Below are positions 28,171 to 38,203 of a stretch of 64,000 nucleotides of DNA, piece after piece. Within the stretch, counting starts at the first letter, position 1, and each line of letters begins with the position of its first letter. Location of the stretch: assembly GCA_963767735.1 (NCBI GenBank), contig CAVYES010000002.1, positions 32,001 to 96,000 of the forward strand, written 5' to 3'. The notes beneath the pieces were generated by a model. The model ran no database searches and was not told where the DNA came from. It saw only the letters and a list, made by a program, of their open reading frames with translations. Source of the DNA: Candidatus Bathyarchaeota archaeon (GTDB taxonomy: Archaea; Thermoproteota; Bathyarchaeia; Bathyarchaeales; Bathycorpusculaceae). Made by a program: the position numbers and the translations under genes.

Positions 28171-29531
28171 TTCATTTCAGCCTCAACTTGTTTCTCTATT
28201 ACTTCTGCAGCTTTTTCAGTTATATCATTTGCCACCGCTAAAGATTCTCCTTCAACAGTTAAACGTATGAGAGGTTCCGTTCCAGAAGCCCGAACCAGCA
28301 ACCAACCATGCTTTAGCGCTAACCGAACGCCGTCAACTGTTGAGAAATCAGTGTAATCTGGGAACTCTGTTTTTAAGAAAACCCCAATTTTTTCCACTGC
28401 TTCATACTTCTGCTCATTTTTGCACTTGATGTTTTCTCTTTGAGTAATGTATTCTGGAACGGCGGAGATGAACTCGCTTAAACTTTTGTTTTCGTCCTCT
28501 AAAGCCTTCAACATTAGTGCTGCAGAAAGCGGTCCATCAGGACAATAATGACTCTGCGGATGCACCCAAGCGCCGCAAGGTTCACCGCCGAAAACTGCAC
28601 CCGACTGCTTAATCGCTTCTGAAATGTAAATATCCCCGACTCGGGTGCGGATGACTCGACCGCCTTGCGCTTGCACCATAGTTTCAATGCACATGGAGGC
28701 TTCAACGTTTGTTACTACTGTTCCGCCGCTACTTTGCTTAAGGGCGTAAGCAGCATACGCCGCCAATGAACGGTCAAAGTTGACGAAGGCGCCCTTCTCA
28801 TCGACGAAGGCTACTCGGTCGCCGTCACCGTCAAAAGCGATTCCCACGTCTGCGCCAAGTGTTTTTACAATATTTGCCAAATCTTCGAGTGATTCAGCGG
28901 TCGGCTCAGATTTTCGGGCTGGAAAATACCCGTCAGGTTGAGCGTTAAGAGCAGTTACCTTGCAGCCTAGGGCTTTGAGGATTGAAGGGGCAATGTTGAA
29001 GGTGGCGCCGCATCCTGGGTCAACGACAACTCGCCAGTTTTTTTTGAGAGGGGCAGCTTTCAACGCCATTTGCGTGTAGATTTTACTTACGTCAACAGGG
29101 GTGGTTTTGCCGATACTTCGCCATTCTGCCAGAGCAAAAGCTCCCTTTGACACGTTTTTTTCTACAGCATCTTGCTCCTCGTCAGTATATGATAGGGTGT
29201 CGCTCCTGAACACCTTTATTCCGTTATATTGAGGCGGGTTATGCGAGGCAGTAAGCATGAACCCAACGTCAGCCCCCAAGGCTCTGGTAGCATAGGCTAA
29301 CGCAGGCGTGGGAACCATACCAGCCAAAAGAACATCTGCGCCGCTGGACAACAAACCTGAAACTAAGGCGTCCTCAAGCATGCTTCCTGAAACTCGAGTG
29401 TCACGGGCTACAACTGCTTTTTTGGCTTTTGCGTACGCAGCTACTGCTGAGCCGACTTTGCATGCTAGCTGTGGCGTTAAATCAACATTCGCCAGTCCCC
29501 TTACACCTGAACTTCCAAACAGTTTAGCCAT
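28167..29531 (-). CDS. glmM: phosphoglucosamine mutase
   Basis: FGSSGVRG, TASHNP, FDGDGDR and RASGTEP; directly upstream of glmU. Confidence 0.9.
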   Translation of the reverse strand: MAKLFGSSGVRGLANVDLTPQLACKVGSAVAAYAKAKKAVVARDTRVSGSMLEDALVSGLLSSGADVLLAGMVPTPALAYATRALGADVGFMLTASHNPPQYNGIKVFRSDTLSYTDEEQDAVEKNVSKGAFALAEWRSIGKTTPVDVSKIYTQMALKAAPLKKNWRVVVDPGCGATFNIAPSILKALGCKVTALNAQPDGYFPARKSEPTAESLEDLANIVKTLGADVGIAFDGDGDRVAFVDEKGAFVNFDRSLAAYAAYALKQSSGGTVVTNVEASMCIETMVQAQGGRVIRTRVGDIYISEAIKQSGAVFGGEPCGAWVHPQSHYCPDGPLSAALMLKALEDENKSLSEFISAVPEYITQRENIKCKNEQKYEAVEKIGVFLKTEFPDYTDFSTVDGVRLALKHGWLLVRASGTEPLIRLTVEGESLAVANDITEKAAEVIEKQVEAEMK

Positions 29532-29681
29532 CTTTGCCCAACCTGACTTATTTGTTAAATGCTAAAGAAAAGCTGCTTAAAAATAATTGTGGGATGCAAG
29601 GCGGCTTTTTCAAAGATGGAATGGATTTGGTTTTTTTGGAATATTTTTTGCCAATTTTTTGATCACAAATAGCAGGTGGGT

Positions 29682-30251
29682 CTATACAGCGTGAGACTCA
29701 CCTTTTACCATTACTTTTTCGGGATGAAACTGAACGCCGTAGAATGGTTTGATTCTATGTTTGACTGCTTCCACTTTGCATGAAGGAGAATCTGCAAGAA
29801 GGATAAAACCTGCTTCGTCTAGGCTTTCTTTCAACACATAATCGTGGTGATTTTCAACTAGGATTGGCTGCGTAAAACCCGCAAATAACTCGTCACCTGT
29901 GATTACATTAATCTTCTCGAACTTGTCAAGGACGGGTGGATTAAGGTTGCCTACTCTTGCGCCATGTGCCAAACAAAGCAGTTGATGACCAAAGCAAATG
30001 CCCAACATTGGCTGACTGCACCTTTTTATCAGATCAACAGTTCTTTCAAACATGGATACATATGAATCGTAAATTATTCTGGCTGCAGATCCACTCAAGA
30101 CGACTGCATCTATATGCTTGTCAACTTGAAAGTCAGCATCTATTCTTCTAAAGTGGATAAATTTATAGTTACTAAACTTACTGATTGCGTCGAGCAAAAC
30201 TTTGTTTTCAACATCCTTCAGGGAGCAATTAATAATTAAAGTTCTTGTCAT
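29682..30251 (-). CDS. class I glutamine amidotransferase (GMP synthase subunit A-like)
   Basis: LGICFGHQ and GVQFHPE catalytic triad. Confidence 0.88.
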   Translation of the reverse strand: MTRTLIINCSLKDVENKVLLDAISKFSNYKFIHFRRIDADFQVDKHIDAVVLSGSAARIIYDSYVSMFERTVDLIKRCSQPMLGICFGHQLLCLAHGARVGNLNPPVLDKFEKINVITGDELFAGFTQPILVENHHDYVLKESLDEAGFILLADSPSCKVEAVKHRIKPFYGVQFHPEKVMVKGESHAV

Positions 30252-30334
30252 GCCCTTACCTCTATAGTATAGTCTGTGATTATATTCTTGATATTGAAAT
30301 ATGCCTTTTAAGCGTTAGAGACACTTGGTTATTT

Positions 30335-30380
30335 GAGGAGAAAGGAGAGCTTCTCAGAAACGAGAAGGGGAAATTCCCCT
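30335..30380 (+). ncRNA. candidate structured ncRNA core (family copy A)
   Basis: GAGGAGAAAGGAGAGC, hairpin CTTCTC-AGAAAC-GAGAAG and hairpin AGGGG-AAATT-CCCCT; TATA-like TTTTAAG ~25 nt upstream. Confidence 0.4.
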
Positions 30381-30453
30381 ATTACTTTTAGAATTGGAGT
30401 TTTAAGCCAAAACACTAACTAGTATTTGGCTGGTTTTTGCATAATATTTTAAG

Positions 30454-30735
30454 TTATGATGGTAGTCTGAGATTAACGTTTCTGCCTTTATGAGTCTCAT
30501 TCACCACAACTTCAACTGGTCTATTGCAATAGGGGCAAGATAGCTTAGTAAATACCTCGTAAGTGTATTTAAAGGGTAATCTTGTTCTCTCTTTGTCAGT
30601 CTTAATAGTTTTATCTAAACTAACTTCTCTTGAACCTTCACCTTGGTTTATCCGAACCTGAATTCTTAGTTCCTTGCTTCTATCAGACCCTATACAATCT
30701 GAGTATGGACACAACAAATGATTTCTAACTAACAT
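30454..30735 (-). CDS. hypothetical zinc-binding protein
   Basis: CPYSDC and CPYC; 93-aa ORF. Confidence 0.55.
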   Translation of the reverse strand: MLVRNHLLCPYSDCIGSDRSKELRIQVRINQGEGSREVSLDKTIKTDKERTRLPFKYTYEVFTKLSCPYCNRPVEVVVNETHKGRNVNLRLPS

Positions 30736-30972
30736 TTTCGTTATCCTTATTTTCCTTTAGATTTGGGTTCTAATTCCTTTTCTGTTCATTTTAATGGAAT
30801 TTATTCTACGCTATGCAGATTTAAGACTTATCTTTATGGAAACTTGGCTAAATACCACGAGTAACAAGGGGTTACTAAGTTATTGAAATGTTTGTTAAGT
30901 GCAAAAAGACCTATTCCGAAATATTCCCAAGTTTGAAACATGGCTTATATAATATTCTCTAATCATAAGCCA

Positions 30973-31065
30973 TTGGAGAAGGACGAGAAGAAAGGGAGAG
31001 CTAACGGGAGAAAACTCCATGCACCAAGGGTAGGAAAATTCCAATCTCTTGCCTCGCTTCTCCAA
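30973..31065 (+). ncRNA. candidate structured RNA (family copy B), possibly the 5' leader of the 31101 ORF
   Basis: Outer stem TTGGAGAAG..CGAG / CTCG.CTTCTCCAA; inner GGAG-AAAA-CTCC and GG-AAAATT-CC; TTATATAA box ~20 nt upstream. Confidence 0.5.
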
Positions 31066-31100
31066 AAATAGCGCGCTAGGGTTAAATTGTTGGAGTTTGG

Positions 31101-31229
31101 ATGAAAATGGAAAGAGACACGGACGAAAAGGAAGGATACAATTCAGTTAAAATATGGTTAGGAATAATTGGGGTTTGCGCGGTTTTTTCAGTTATCGGCT
31201 ATTTCGGCTATCTATTATTTGCCCGCTAA
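31101..31229 (+). CDS. 42-aa single-TM membrane peptide
   Basis: MKMERDTDEKEGYNSVKIWLGIIGVCAVFSVIGYFGYLLFAR*; GGAG RBS. Confidence 0.55.
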   Translation: MKMERDTDEKEGYNSVKIWLGIIGVCAVFSVIGYFGYLLFAR

Positions 31230-31418
31230 ATAAAAAATTGTTAAGGAAAAGGTAAGAATGCACAAGCCCTTTCCCCATCAGCATCACGCCGTAAAGGGAA
31301 AGCTATCCTAGACATGATTCTAAATTCCAACCACATTAAAGAAAGTTTCAATGAGTAGGTCTTATTCGGAGGATTTTGTGAAGGAATTTGTGAGTTAAGA
31401 AATAAGGAAATTGTGGAT

Positions 31419-31712
31419 TTAATAGGGAATTGCGGGCAGGTTTCTTGCTTCCTCTACTAAGGGTAGCACTTGTTTTAGTTCTTTAAAGTACTTCAAAACA
31501 GTTATTCCACGTTGAGTAACAGCGTAAACTATTCGTTGTTTTCTGATTGTGCGTTCTTCAACCAAGCCTTGTTTTAGCAGGAAGTCAAGGTACTCTTTTA
31601 GGACACTAAAGTTAACGTTCGCTTTATACATGATATGCGTTACCTTCAGCGGTCCCCGTTGTGCTAGGACTTGAAGAATATCAACGTACATTTCTAGTTT
31701 GGAACGCTTCAT
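31419..31712 (-). CDS. winged-helix transcriptional regulator (DUF4364/HTH_45-like)
   Basis: MKRSKLEMYVDIL...THIMYKANVN...YLDFLLKQGLV...YAVTQRG. Confidence 0.9.
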   Translation of the reverse strand: MKRSKLEMYVDILQVLAQRGPLKVTHIMYKANVNFSVLKEYLDFLLKQGLVEERTIRKQRIVYAVTQRGITVLKYFKELKQVLPLVEEARNLPAIPY

Positions 31713-31917
31713 ATTAATCGTCTCAATGTTAGTCTAAAATCAGAATTAACGATATGTGTGTAGTGAAAAACATATTCATTTGACTTAGCTTAACGTTTGA
31801 AAGATTTGATAAACTGGAAGATGAAAAGCAGGCTCGCTCTATAAAAACGATATTAATGCTGATTTAGTTAAATCTGGGTGTCTGGTAAGTATTCGTTACA
31901 AGAGAGATAATTATTTG

Positions 31918-32184
31918 TTATTTGGACACTCCTGTTGATTTACTATCGTGTGGAGTGCAGCTGTCAAATATTACGCCTTTCTTAGTCTTGTTAAAGTAAC
32001 TGATTAATGCAAACTCGATAATTCCACCATTCACGCTGACGACAATATAGGATACTTCTCCTAAAAAAGGGAAGAGGATTGTATAATAAAGAACGATGTT
32101 TAGTAAGAAAACGGCTAAGCCTATGACGTTGTATTTTATGTAACGCCAAGTCCATTTTTTGAATATGTCTTTAAGTGCGTCCAT
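31918..32184 (-). CDS. small GtrA-like membrane protein
   Basis: RYIKYNVIG followed by two hydrophobic helices. Confidence 0.5.
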   Translation of the reverse strand: MDALKDIFKKWTWRYIKYNVIGLAVFLLNIVLYYTILFPFLGEVSYIVVSVNGGIIEFALISYFNKTKKGVIFDSCTPHDSKSTGVSK

Positions 32185-32516
32185 TCCGTTTTCTCTTCTT
32201 CTATATCCAATTAAGCGTTAATTTTGCGGTATAGGCTCAATGGCAATTTTTGCCCTTAAGCTCGTCACAACGTAAGGTTTTGCCCAATAAATGAGCTTTC
32301 AGAAATCAGAATATGAATTAATAATGTTCTTTTTTTTATTTAACTTTAGATCCGAGGTGCGGCGACATGGGCATAGCCACACAGTTCTTCATAATTTATG
32401 GTTGAAAGGACCGATACTTGCTTCGGTAAACTGCGGAAAGAAGCAAAACGAAGCAGATAACCCCCAAAGCTAAGGGTATGGATCTGCTTCCCGGACTTTC
32501 ATGGGTTCAAGTATAG

Positions 32517-33366
32517 TTAACTTAGTTTTCTTGAAATGTCAGCATGCAAGAAGTAGGCTGTTGCAATAGCTATCGCTATAATCGTGTAGACAAGTAGGAT
32601 TTCGATTGAGAAGCTAATTGTTGTCGTGGGAGTCGAAGAGCCAAGAAAAGTAAAGGCTGTTGATAAAGTCGAGGGAAGCCTCGGTAAAGCATATTGACTA
32701 GGAAGCGAACTTGCAGCCGAAGTTGGAAGATACATCTGAACGGTTTTATAGACTATTTTGCCTGTAGACTCTAAAGATTGCACTCAAAAAAACGCTTATA
32801 ATGTAGCTTGAAAAGAAAATCGCTGATGAAGTGATGTAAGCAAGAGAAGAGCGCCTGATTAGTTCTCCAAGCATGAAAGCCAAAGAAAAAAATAGTAGTG
32901 AACTAAAGGCTTGAGCTATGAATAAGCCTGGAATAAGGTAAAGGCTGTTTTGGACGCCAAAAAAAGTGAAAGCTGATGAAATAGATAGGGTAAGAGTTAA
33001 AGCAAGAATAAAAAGAAACAGAAGATAGCCTCCGAGGAATTTACCTGTGATGTAGTCGCTTCGTCTTACGGGCTTTGACAAAAGAAGTTCGGCAGTGCCC
33101 TGCTCGTATTCTTCAGACATTGACCCTGCAGCTATCAGGATTGCAGTGAAGTTTAAGAAGAGAGGACCAACCAAGAGTACTGCAAGAACCCAAAGGTACG
33201 GGTAGACATCTGAAGGGACCAAGGTGGTTCCTGCTTGGGACAAAGCGTAATATGGCAGTACACTCAAAAGTATCGTGAAAGCAACTAACGCCAAAACTTT
33301 TTTTCGTGCGATGGCACGCTTGATTTCATACCGGGCAAAAGTGAAAATGACTTCAGCGCGTTTCAA
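32517..33366 (-). CDS. ABC-2 type permease; frameshift near 32765
   Basis: SEEYEQGTAELLLSKPVRR...GKF. The C-terminal part (YLPT...F..ADIS) is in ORF 32517-32783. Confidence 0.85.
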
Positions 33367-34355
33367 AGTTTGCCACCTTTTGTCTCTTTAAGCGCTTCTA
33401 TGTAAGCCCTCTCAAGCATGTTCTCGCCTTGCTTGATGGTGTAGAGCTTGGCGCCTGACTTGACCACTATGTCAGCGATTTCTGGTTTAATGTCATGGTC
33501 ACGTTCACAAACTGTAATTTCGATAGCGACCGCATCCCCTTTGCTGCTATCTGCTATGTTAATTTGGGTTATTTCAGGAATCTCTTTTAATTGTTGGATC
33601 GTTTGAGGCTGTAGAGGGCTAGTCTCCAATTCAACAAGAGAGTAATCCAGCACTTTTCCCACCACTTCATCTACTGACCCCTTGAACAGTATTTTTCCAT
33701 GGTGAATCATGGCAACTGAGGTACAAAGCGATTCCACTTCGCTCATAATATGTGAGGACATAAAAACTGTACCTTTCCCGTTGGATGCGAAGTCCCTGAA
33801 AACATCCCTAAAATGAGCGACTCCAGCAGGGTCTAACCCAATCATCGGCTCATCCAGAATTAAAGTCTCTGGAGAACCGACTAAGGCTTGGGCAACGCTT
33901 AGTCTCTGAATCATCCCTTTGCTAAGTTTGCCTACCTTCGTTTCCGCGTAGTCATGTAAACCGACCAGTTCAATAACTTGGTCTATCTCGCTGCTCCGGT
34001 TTGCGTTATCTGGGAAATAGAGCTCATGCGAAATTAAATTAAGAAGCTCTCTTGGGCTTAGAAAAGTCTGTAAGTTGGGCAACTCAGGAGAATACGCCAC
34101 ATGTCTTAAAGCTTCAATATGATTGGTTATTGGGTCAAATCCGTTGACTTTCACTTTGCCGGAGGTTGGCCTGATTAACCCAAGGATTAGCCTGATACAA
34201 GTTGTTTTGCCTGATCCGTTGGGACCGAGAAACCCCACAATCTCCCCTTTTCCGATTGTAAGATTTGCCGGGCCAATTCGCCTGTTGCTGCCGTAATCTT
34301 TCACCGCTTCATTGAGCTCAATTACCGCTGAAGAGTTAGCCGTGATAGTTTTCAC
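33363..34355 (-). CDS. ABC transporter ATP-binding protein
   Basis: GPNGSGKTT, LSKGMIQRL, LDEP and SSH. Confidence 0.95.
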   Translation of the reverse strand: MKTITANSSAVIELNEAVKDYGSNRRIGPANLTIGKGEIVGFLGPNGSGKTTCIRLILGLIRPTSGKVKVNGFDPITNHIEALRHVAYSPELPNLQTFLSPRELLNLISHELYFPDNANRSSEIDQVIELVGLHDYAETKVGKLSKGMIQRLSVAQALVGSPETLILDEPMIGLDPAGVAHFRDVFRDFASNGKGTVFMSSHIMSEVESLCTSVAMIHHGKILFKGSVDEVVGKVLDYSLVELETSPLQPQTIQQLKEIPEITQINIADSSKGDAVAIEITVCERDHDIKPEIADIVVKSGAKLYTIKQGENMLERAYIEALKETKGGKL

Positions 34356-34406
34356 CTAGGCGTTCATGTTTGATGCTAAATAACCGTTTTTTGCATTACT
34401 CAATGT

Positions 34407-35202
34407 TTAGTCAACCCAGTAAGACGGCTTCTTCTCTTCCTCGTTCTCTTGCTTGACATCGCTTTCTTGGCTAGTTTTATGTTCATCTTCCCGAGTTGGC
34501 TCTTCTTGTTTTTTCTTCTTCTCCCGCGTGTATATTGTGGGGGCTGCAATAGCAACTGCCGCTACTAAGGCTACGCCAAGCACTGAGGCGCCTACGGGGT
34601 TGATGCTACCTGCTGGCGCGTTAAGTGAAAGATTTGTTGATAAGAGCGTAGCATTAATTGAAGCTGTTTGGTTTAGCGATAGTTGAACGGTATCAATTAA
34701 ACCCGATGGCATGCTAAGTATGCTGCCGTTCCCCGAAATGGATAGCTCATTGGAGGAGTTTGCGGCTGAGAAGGAGATTAAAAATTTTGTTGCTTGGTAC
34801 GTGGCGCCGTTAAAGGTGACTGAAGTCTGGCCTGCGTTAATTAGGTTTAACGTTGATGGAGATTCCTTGAGTTTGATATGACAGTGACTGGTTTGTTACT
34901 GCAGGCAAGTATGGGAAGATTTCCAGCAAAGAAGTAGTGTTAACAACTTTAGCGTAAGTAAGGTTTGCCGCTGTCGAGGATATGCCTAGTATAAGGTTTA
35001 CAAACCCCGTTTGGCCAGTGGATTGGACGGACTCGTTCACGATGCCGCTGGCAGACGGGAAAGAATTACCTATGCCACTTGCAGTAACTTCGTATTGTGC
35101 GTAACCGTTAGATGGACCGTAGGTTAGCGCAAAACTGGTTCCCACGCCAAACAAAATCGTTAATACCAAAAAAGTTGCAACAGCAATTTTGAGAGAATGC
35201 AT
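34407..35202 (-). CDS. secreted, membrane-anchored Ser/Thr-rich protein; frameshift near 34838
   Basis: N-terminal signal peptide. The C-terminal TM helix and charged tail (KKPSYWVD) are in ORF 34407-34712. Upstream of the ABC pair. Confidence 0.65.
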
Positions 35203-35451
35203 AATGTCACCAACACAATTAATTTCCTAGCGTCTAGTGGCCGAGGAAGGATAAAAAGAGTTTCTCTTAGAAGATGCATTTTGTAAATGAGATTTTCGAT
35301 CAATTTCGCGCGCTAGGACCGCGCTGTGGCGAAGTGTTGAAGCTTAGGAACATTGTTTCACGTATGAGCGGAATTTACTGAGACAGATTTGAATTTTCGC
35401 ACAGTCTCAACAGCTATGCGCAGATTAAATTATGATTCCGACTTTTATCAA

Positions 35452-35693
35452 CTTAACCTGCAAACGATCCGAACTCTAAAAAAGAAAGCAGCCCAAAACA
35501 TCCAAAACAGTCAGCCCAGAAACAACAGATGTCAAGAACATCGCGGAAGATTTTAAAGGACACAAAAATACATTTTGGTACGTTTTGGTACTTTTTGATA
35601 CATTCCGATACATCTTAATACATTTCTGTACGCAACCTGCAAACAATTTAAGCCCTAAACCAAAAAACCAGCCCAAAACAACCAGAACAAAAA
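35452..35693 (-). repeat. dispersed element copy 3: leader (35693-35633), six or seven 10-bp repeats (35630-35566) and a second, degenerate leader (~35510-35455)
   Basis: The reverse complement TTTTGTTCTGGTTGTTTTGGG is identical to 1578-1598. Plus-strand decamers: CATTTTGGTA CGTTTTGGTA CTTTTTGATA CATTCCGATA CATCTTAATA CATTTCTGTA. Confidence 0.8.
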
Positions 35694-35761
35694 TGGCAAC
35701 ACACACGTTGGTGTTCTGCTTCATCAACTACAAAACAATAATTAGAGATGGTGGCGCCGTT

Positions 35762-36847
35762 TCAGGCTATTTTTTTAAAAAAGGCGTTTAGTTTTGTCCA
35801 TGTTGGGTGTTTGCCTTCGGGGTCTGTTAGGTAGCATGCGGCAACCGCGTTCGCCAACATTAAGCGGCACTCATCTGAAAGACTGTTTTTGTCGCCGATG
35901 ATGTTTCCTGCAGTCCAAGCATCACCCGCGCCCGTCGCACGTAAAACCTCTACCTTAAACGTTGGAACCACTTTCTCCGTTTTTCCTTTCAAGGTTGCTG
36001 AGAAATCCGTGGTATGCAAATCAATTCTTGACGACAAATGCTTTGCTAGCACTCGTGCCGCTTCCATCGCCAACTCAGCGAAACCGAAATTTCCACGCTT
36101 ATCGTTAATTGTCTTATCAAGGGCTGCGGCGTAAATGATTGCTTCATTCTCGTTTACGCTTAAAACGTCCAGATGGCTGGATTTTAAAACTGCTTCCATC
36201 AATTGGGGCATTGCGGGCAAGTTAGGCGAGGGGTCTGCCGTATCAAAGTAAGTTTTGCCTTTGCCTTTCGTTTTTGCTCTTCCAAAAACTGCTTGAGCCA
36301 GCACCGTGCCGAATTTTAATGTGCCAGCCCAATCGAAAAGACAAGTGTAATCGGCATCTTCAATCAATGCATAATCGCTTTCATTCAAATCTTCAGGACT
36401 AAAATCTGCTAATGACCCTAAATCGCGTATCATAACATTTGTTTTCTGCTCTTTGTTTTTGAACTCTAACGCGGTTGTTATTGAGGCGTTGCTTCGGATT
36501 TTTATATGTGATAAATCGACTGGAGCATCTTTCAAGTAGTGTTTTATTTGTTGCAAGCCGTATTCGCTTGTGCAAACAATCGGGGTAACCGCGGCATCCA
36601 GGTTGGCCAAGGCTGACGCGACGTTGATGGCGTTTCCTCCACGCATATCTGTTTGCGGGACGCCGTCGATGCTGCCGCCTTTCCGTTTAGCCACATCCGA
36701 AATTAACTTTGAAAATTCTGAAGGTGACCAGTTCAAATTTATAAGTCGGTCAAGAAAAAAATCAGGTAAAACAGCAACTTTGCATTCTTTCGCCTTCTCT
36801 AAAAGAAAGCTTTGCAGCTCTTTTTTGCACTCCGAGTTATACATCAA
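35762..36847 (-). CDS. PfkB family carbohydrate kinase
   Basis: GGNAINVA, NENEA and ATGAGDAW.AG. Confidence 0.9.
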   Translation of the reverse strand: MMYNSECKKELQSFLLEKAKECKVAVLPDFFLDRLINLNWSPSEFSKLISDVAKRKGGSIDGVPQTDMRGGNAINVASALANLDAAVTPIVCTSEYGLQQIKHYLKDAPVDLSHIKIRSNASITTALEFKNKEQKTNVMIRDLGSLADFSPEDLNESDYALIEDADYTCLFDWAGTLKFGTVLAQAVFGRAKTKGKGKTYFDTADPSPNLPAMPQLMEAVLKSSHLDVLSVNENEAIIYAAALDKTINDKRGNFGFAELAMEAARVLAKHLSSRIDLHTTDFSATLKGKTEKVVPTFKVEVLRATGAGDAWTAGNIIGDKNSLSDECRLMLANAVAACYLTDPEGKHPTWTKLNAFFKKIA

Positions 36848-36947
36848 AACGCTCCTTTTAGGTTCCTTTTAGGTTTATTTCCAAAAAGCTAAAATACCTT
36901 TTGATTTAAAATGTATATTGATAGGGTCTTTGGAAGGGAGATAGGGT

Positions 36948-37205
36948 TTGAAGTTTAAAACGGAAGTTAGTTTACTATCATTGGCGATTGTATTGTTTGT
37001 AATAAGCGCTTTCTTCTATTCTTATCAGACAGGCGGTTCAAATTTTAATTTGAATTGGGCTGCTTATCCATATCAAGGATACGCCCTTGCGTTTGTTAGT
37101 TTTGGCTTATTTCTTACCGTGACCGCATCAGTCTCTTATGCAAAACGTGGCAAAAACATGTTCATTGAAGATTTTGATTTTTTATCCGAGAATAAATCTA
37201 ACTAG
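36948..37205 (+). CDS. small two-TM membrane protein
   Basis: Two hydrophobic segments flanking YPY; TTG start after GGGAG. Confidence 0.6.
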   Translation: MKFKTEVSLLSLAIVLFVISAFFYSYQTGGSNFNLNWAAYPYQGYALAFVSFGLFLTVTASVSYAKRGKNMFIEDFDFLSENKSN

Positions 37206-38039
37206 CAGCCAAACTATATCTCCGCACAGTAAAGCGACGATTAAACCTAAAGTTATGAATATCAACATTGGCAAACCTGGTGTTGCCCACACATAAGTAT
37301 CGATTTTTCCTGCCTGAACCGCGTTGGATAAGCGTTCAACAATTTTGTCTCTTCCCTCATCATTTGGAATAACAACCAGTTTTCTCTGCAAATCATTCTC
37401 GCCGTCTTGCACATCTTCCATTGGAAAAATGTGCCATTTCTCCTTTAACTTTGAAATCGTCACCTTGTAACCAGTTATCAGGATAACTATTTTTTTCCAC
37501 ACTGATTCGCGTGCAAGTGTTCCTGTAAACATTTTTTTGCCATTTTTTCTGTGCCAAACCACATTCCGCAGTATCATGTATATGCCGCTTGCTGCAGCGA
37601 ATAGGACGCCGTTGCTGAATATGGTTAATGGGAATATGACTTGGGAGATAGGCGATAAGCCTCCAGCCAAGATAGGCGTAAACAACGCCACTGGAGCAAA
37701 CGGCAAAGCAAAAGCAATGCACATAAGGGCTTTTGAGTCAGCGCCGCCAAACGCACCTGAATAAAACAAAAGAAAAGCCAACCCGACCGTGAAGCCTACG
37801 CTGACCCCGAAAAAGACAAGTTGTTTTGATGAGTCATAGAGGAGTAGCTCAGGTATGGCAAGCGCGACTGCTATGGGTGCATAGACTGCCCAGACGCGGT
37901 TGCTTACTTCGCGGGTTTTATAGTCGCTCCATGAAGCATAAGTGAGCAAGGCTACGGAAACCGCAACTTGCAACGCAACGAGGATAGCTAGAAAGTTCAA
38001 TCTAATCCCTTGTTTTGCTTTTATGATTCCCCATCGCAT
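37182..38039 (-). CDS. A24 family prepilin/prearchaellin peptidase (PibD/FlaK-like); true start may be slightly downstream
   Basis: SWSDYKTREV, FGGAD catalytic Asp and the C-terminal VWATPGLPML. Confidence 0.9.
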   Translation of the reverse strand: MRWGIIKAKQGIRLNFLAILVALQVAVSVALLTYASWSDYKTREVSNRVWAVYAPIAVALAIPELLLYDSSKQLVFFGVSVGFTVGLAFLLFYSGAFGGADSKALMCIAFALPFAPVALFTPILAGGLSPISQVIFPLTIFSNGVLFAAASGIYMILRNVVWHRKNGKKMFTGTLARESVWKKIVILITGYKVTISKLKEKWHIFPMEDVQDGENDLQRKLVVIPNDEGRDKIVERLSNAVQAGKIDTYVWATPGLPMLIFITLGLIVALLCGDIVWLLVRFILG

Positions 38040-38203
38040 TAATAAAATATGCCATAATTGGTTGGATGAAATTAAAGATAGAAGCGCGACTTGTTAATTT
38101 AATGTTAATATTCTTCACCCTTCAATTTCTATAAAAAAGCATAATCACTATTTATTGAATATGAATGTCAAATACTTATCAAAAATAAGGAACGATAGAG
38201 ATG

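Noticed and set aside
32451-32491. hairpin GAAGCAGAT...ATCTGCTTC as an ncRNA
   Set aside because: A single stem just downstream of the permease stop with no second copy seen; more likely a 3' UTR or terminator structure.
35476-35791. ORFs 35476-35727 (-) and 35585-35791 (+), also 21367-21594 and 21582-21773
   Set aside because: They are translations of the leader and 10-bp arrays rather than plausible proteins.
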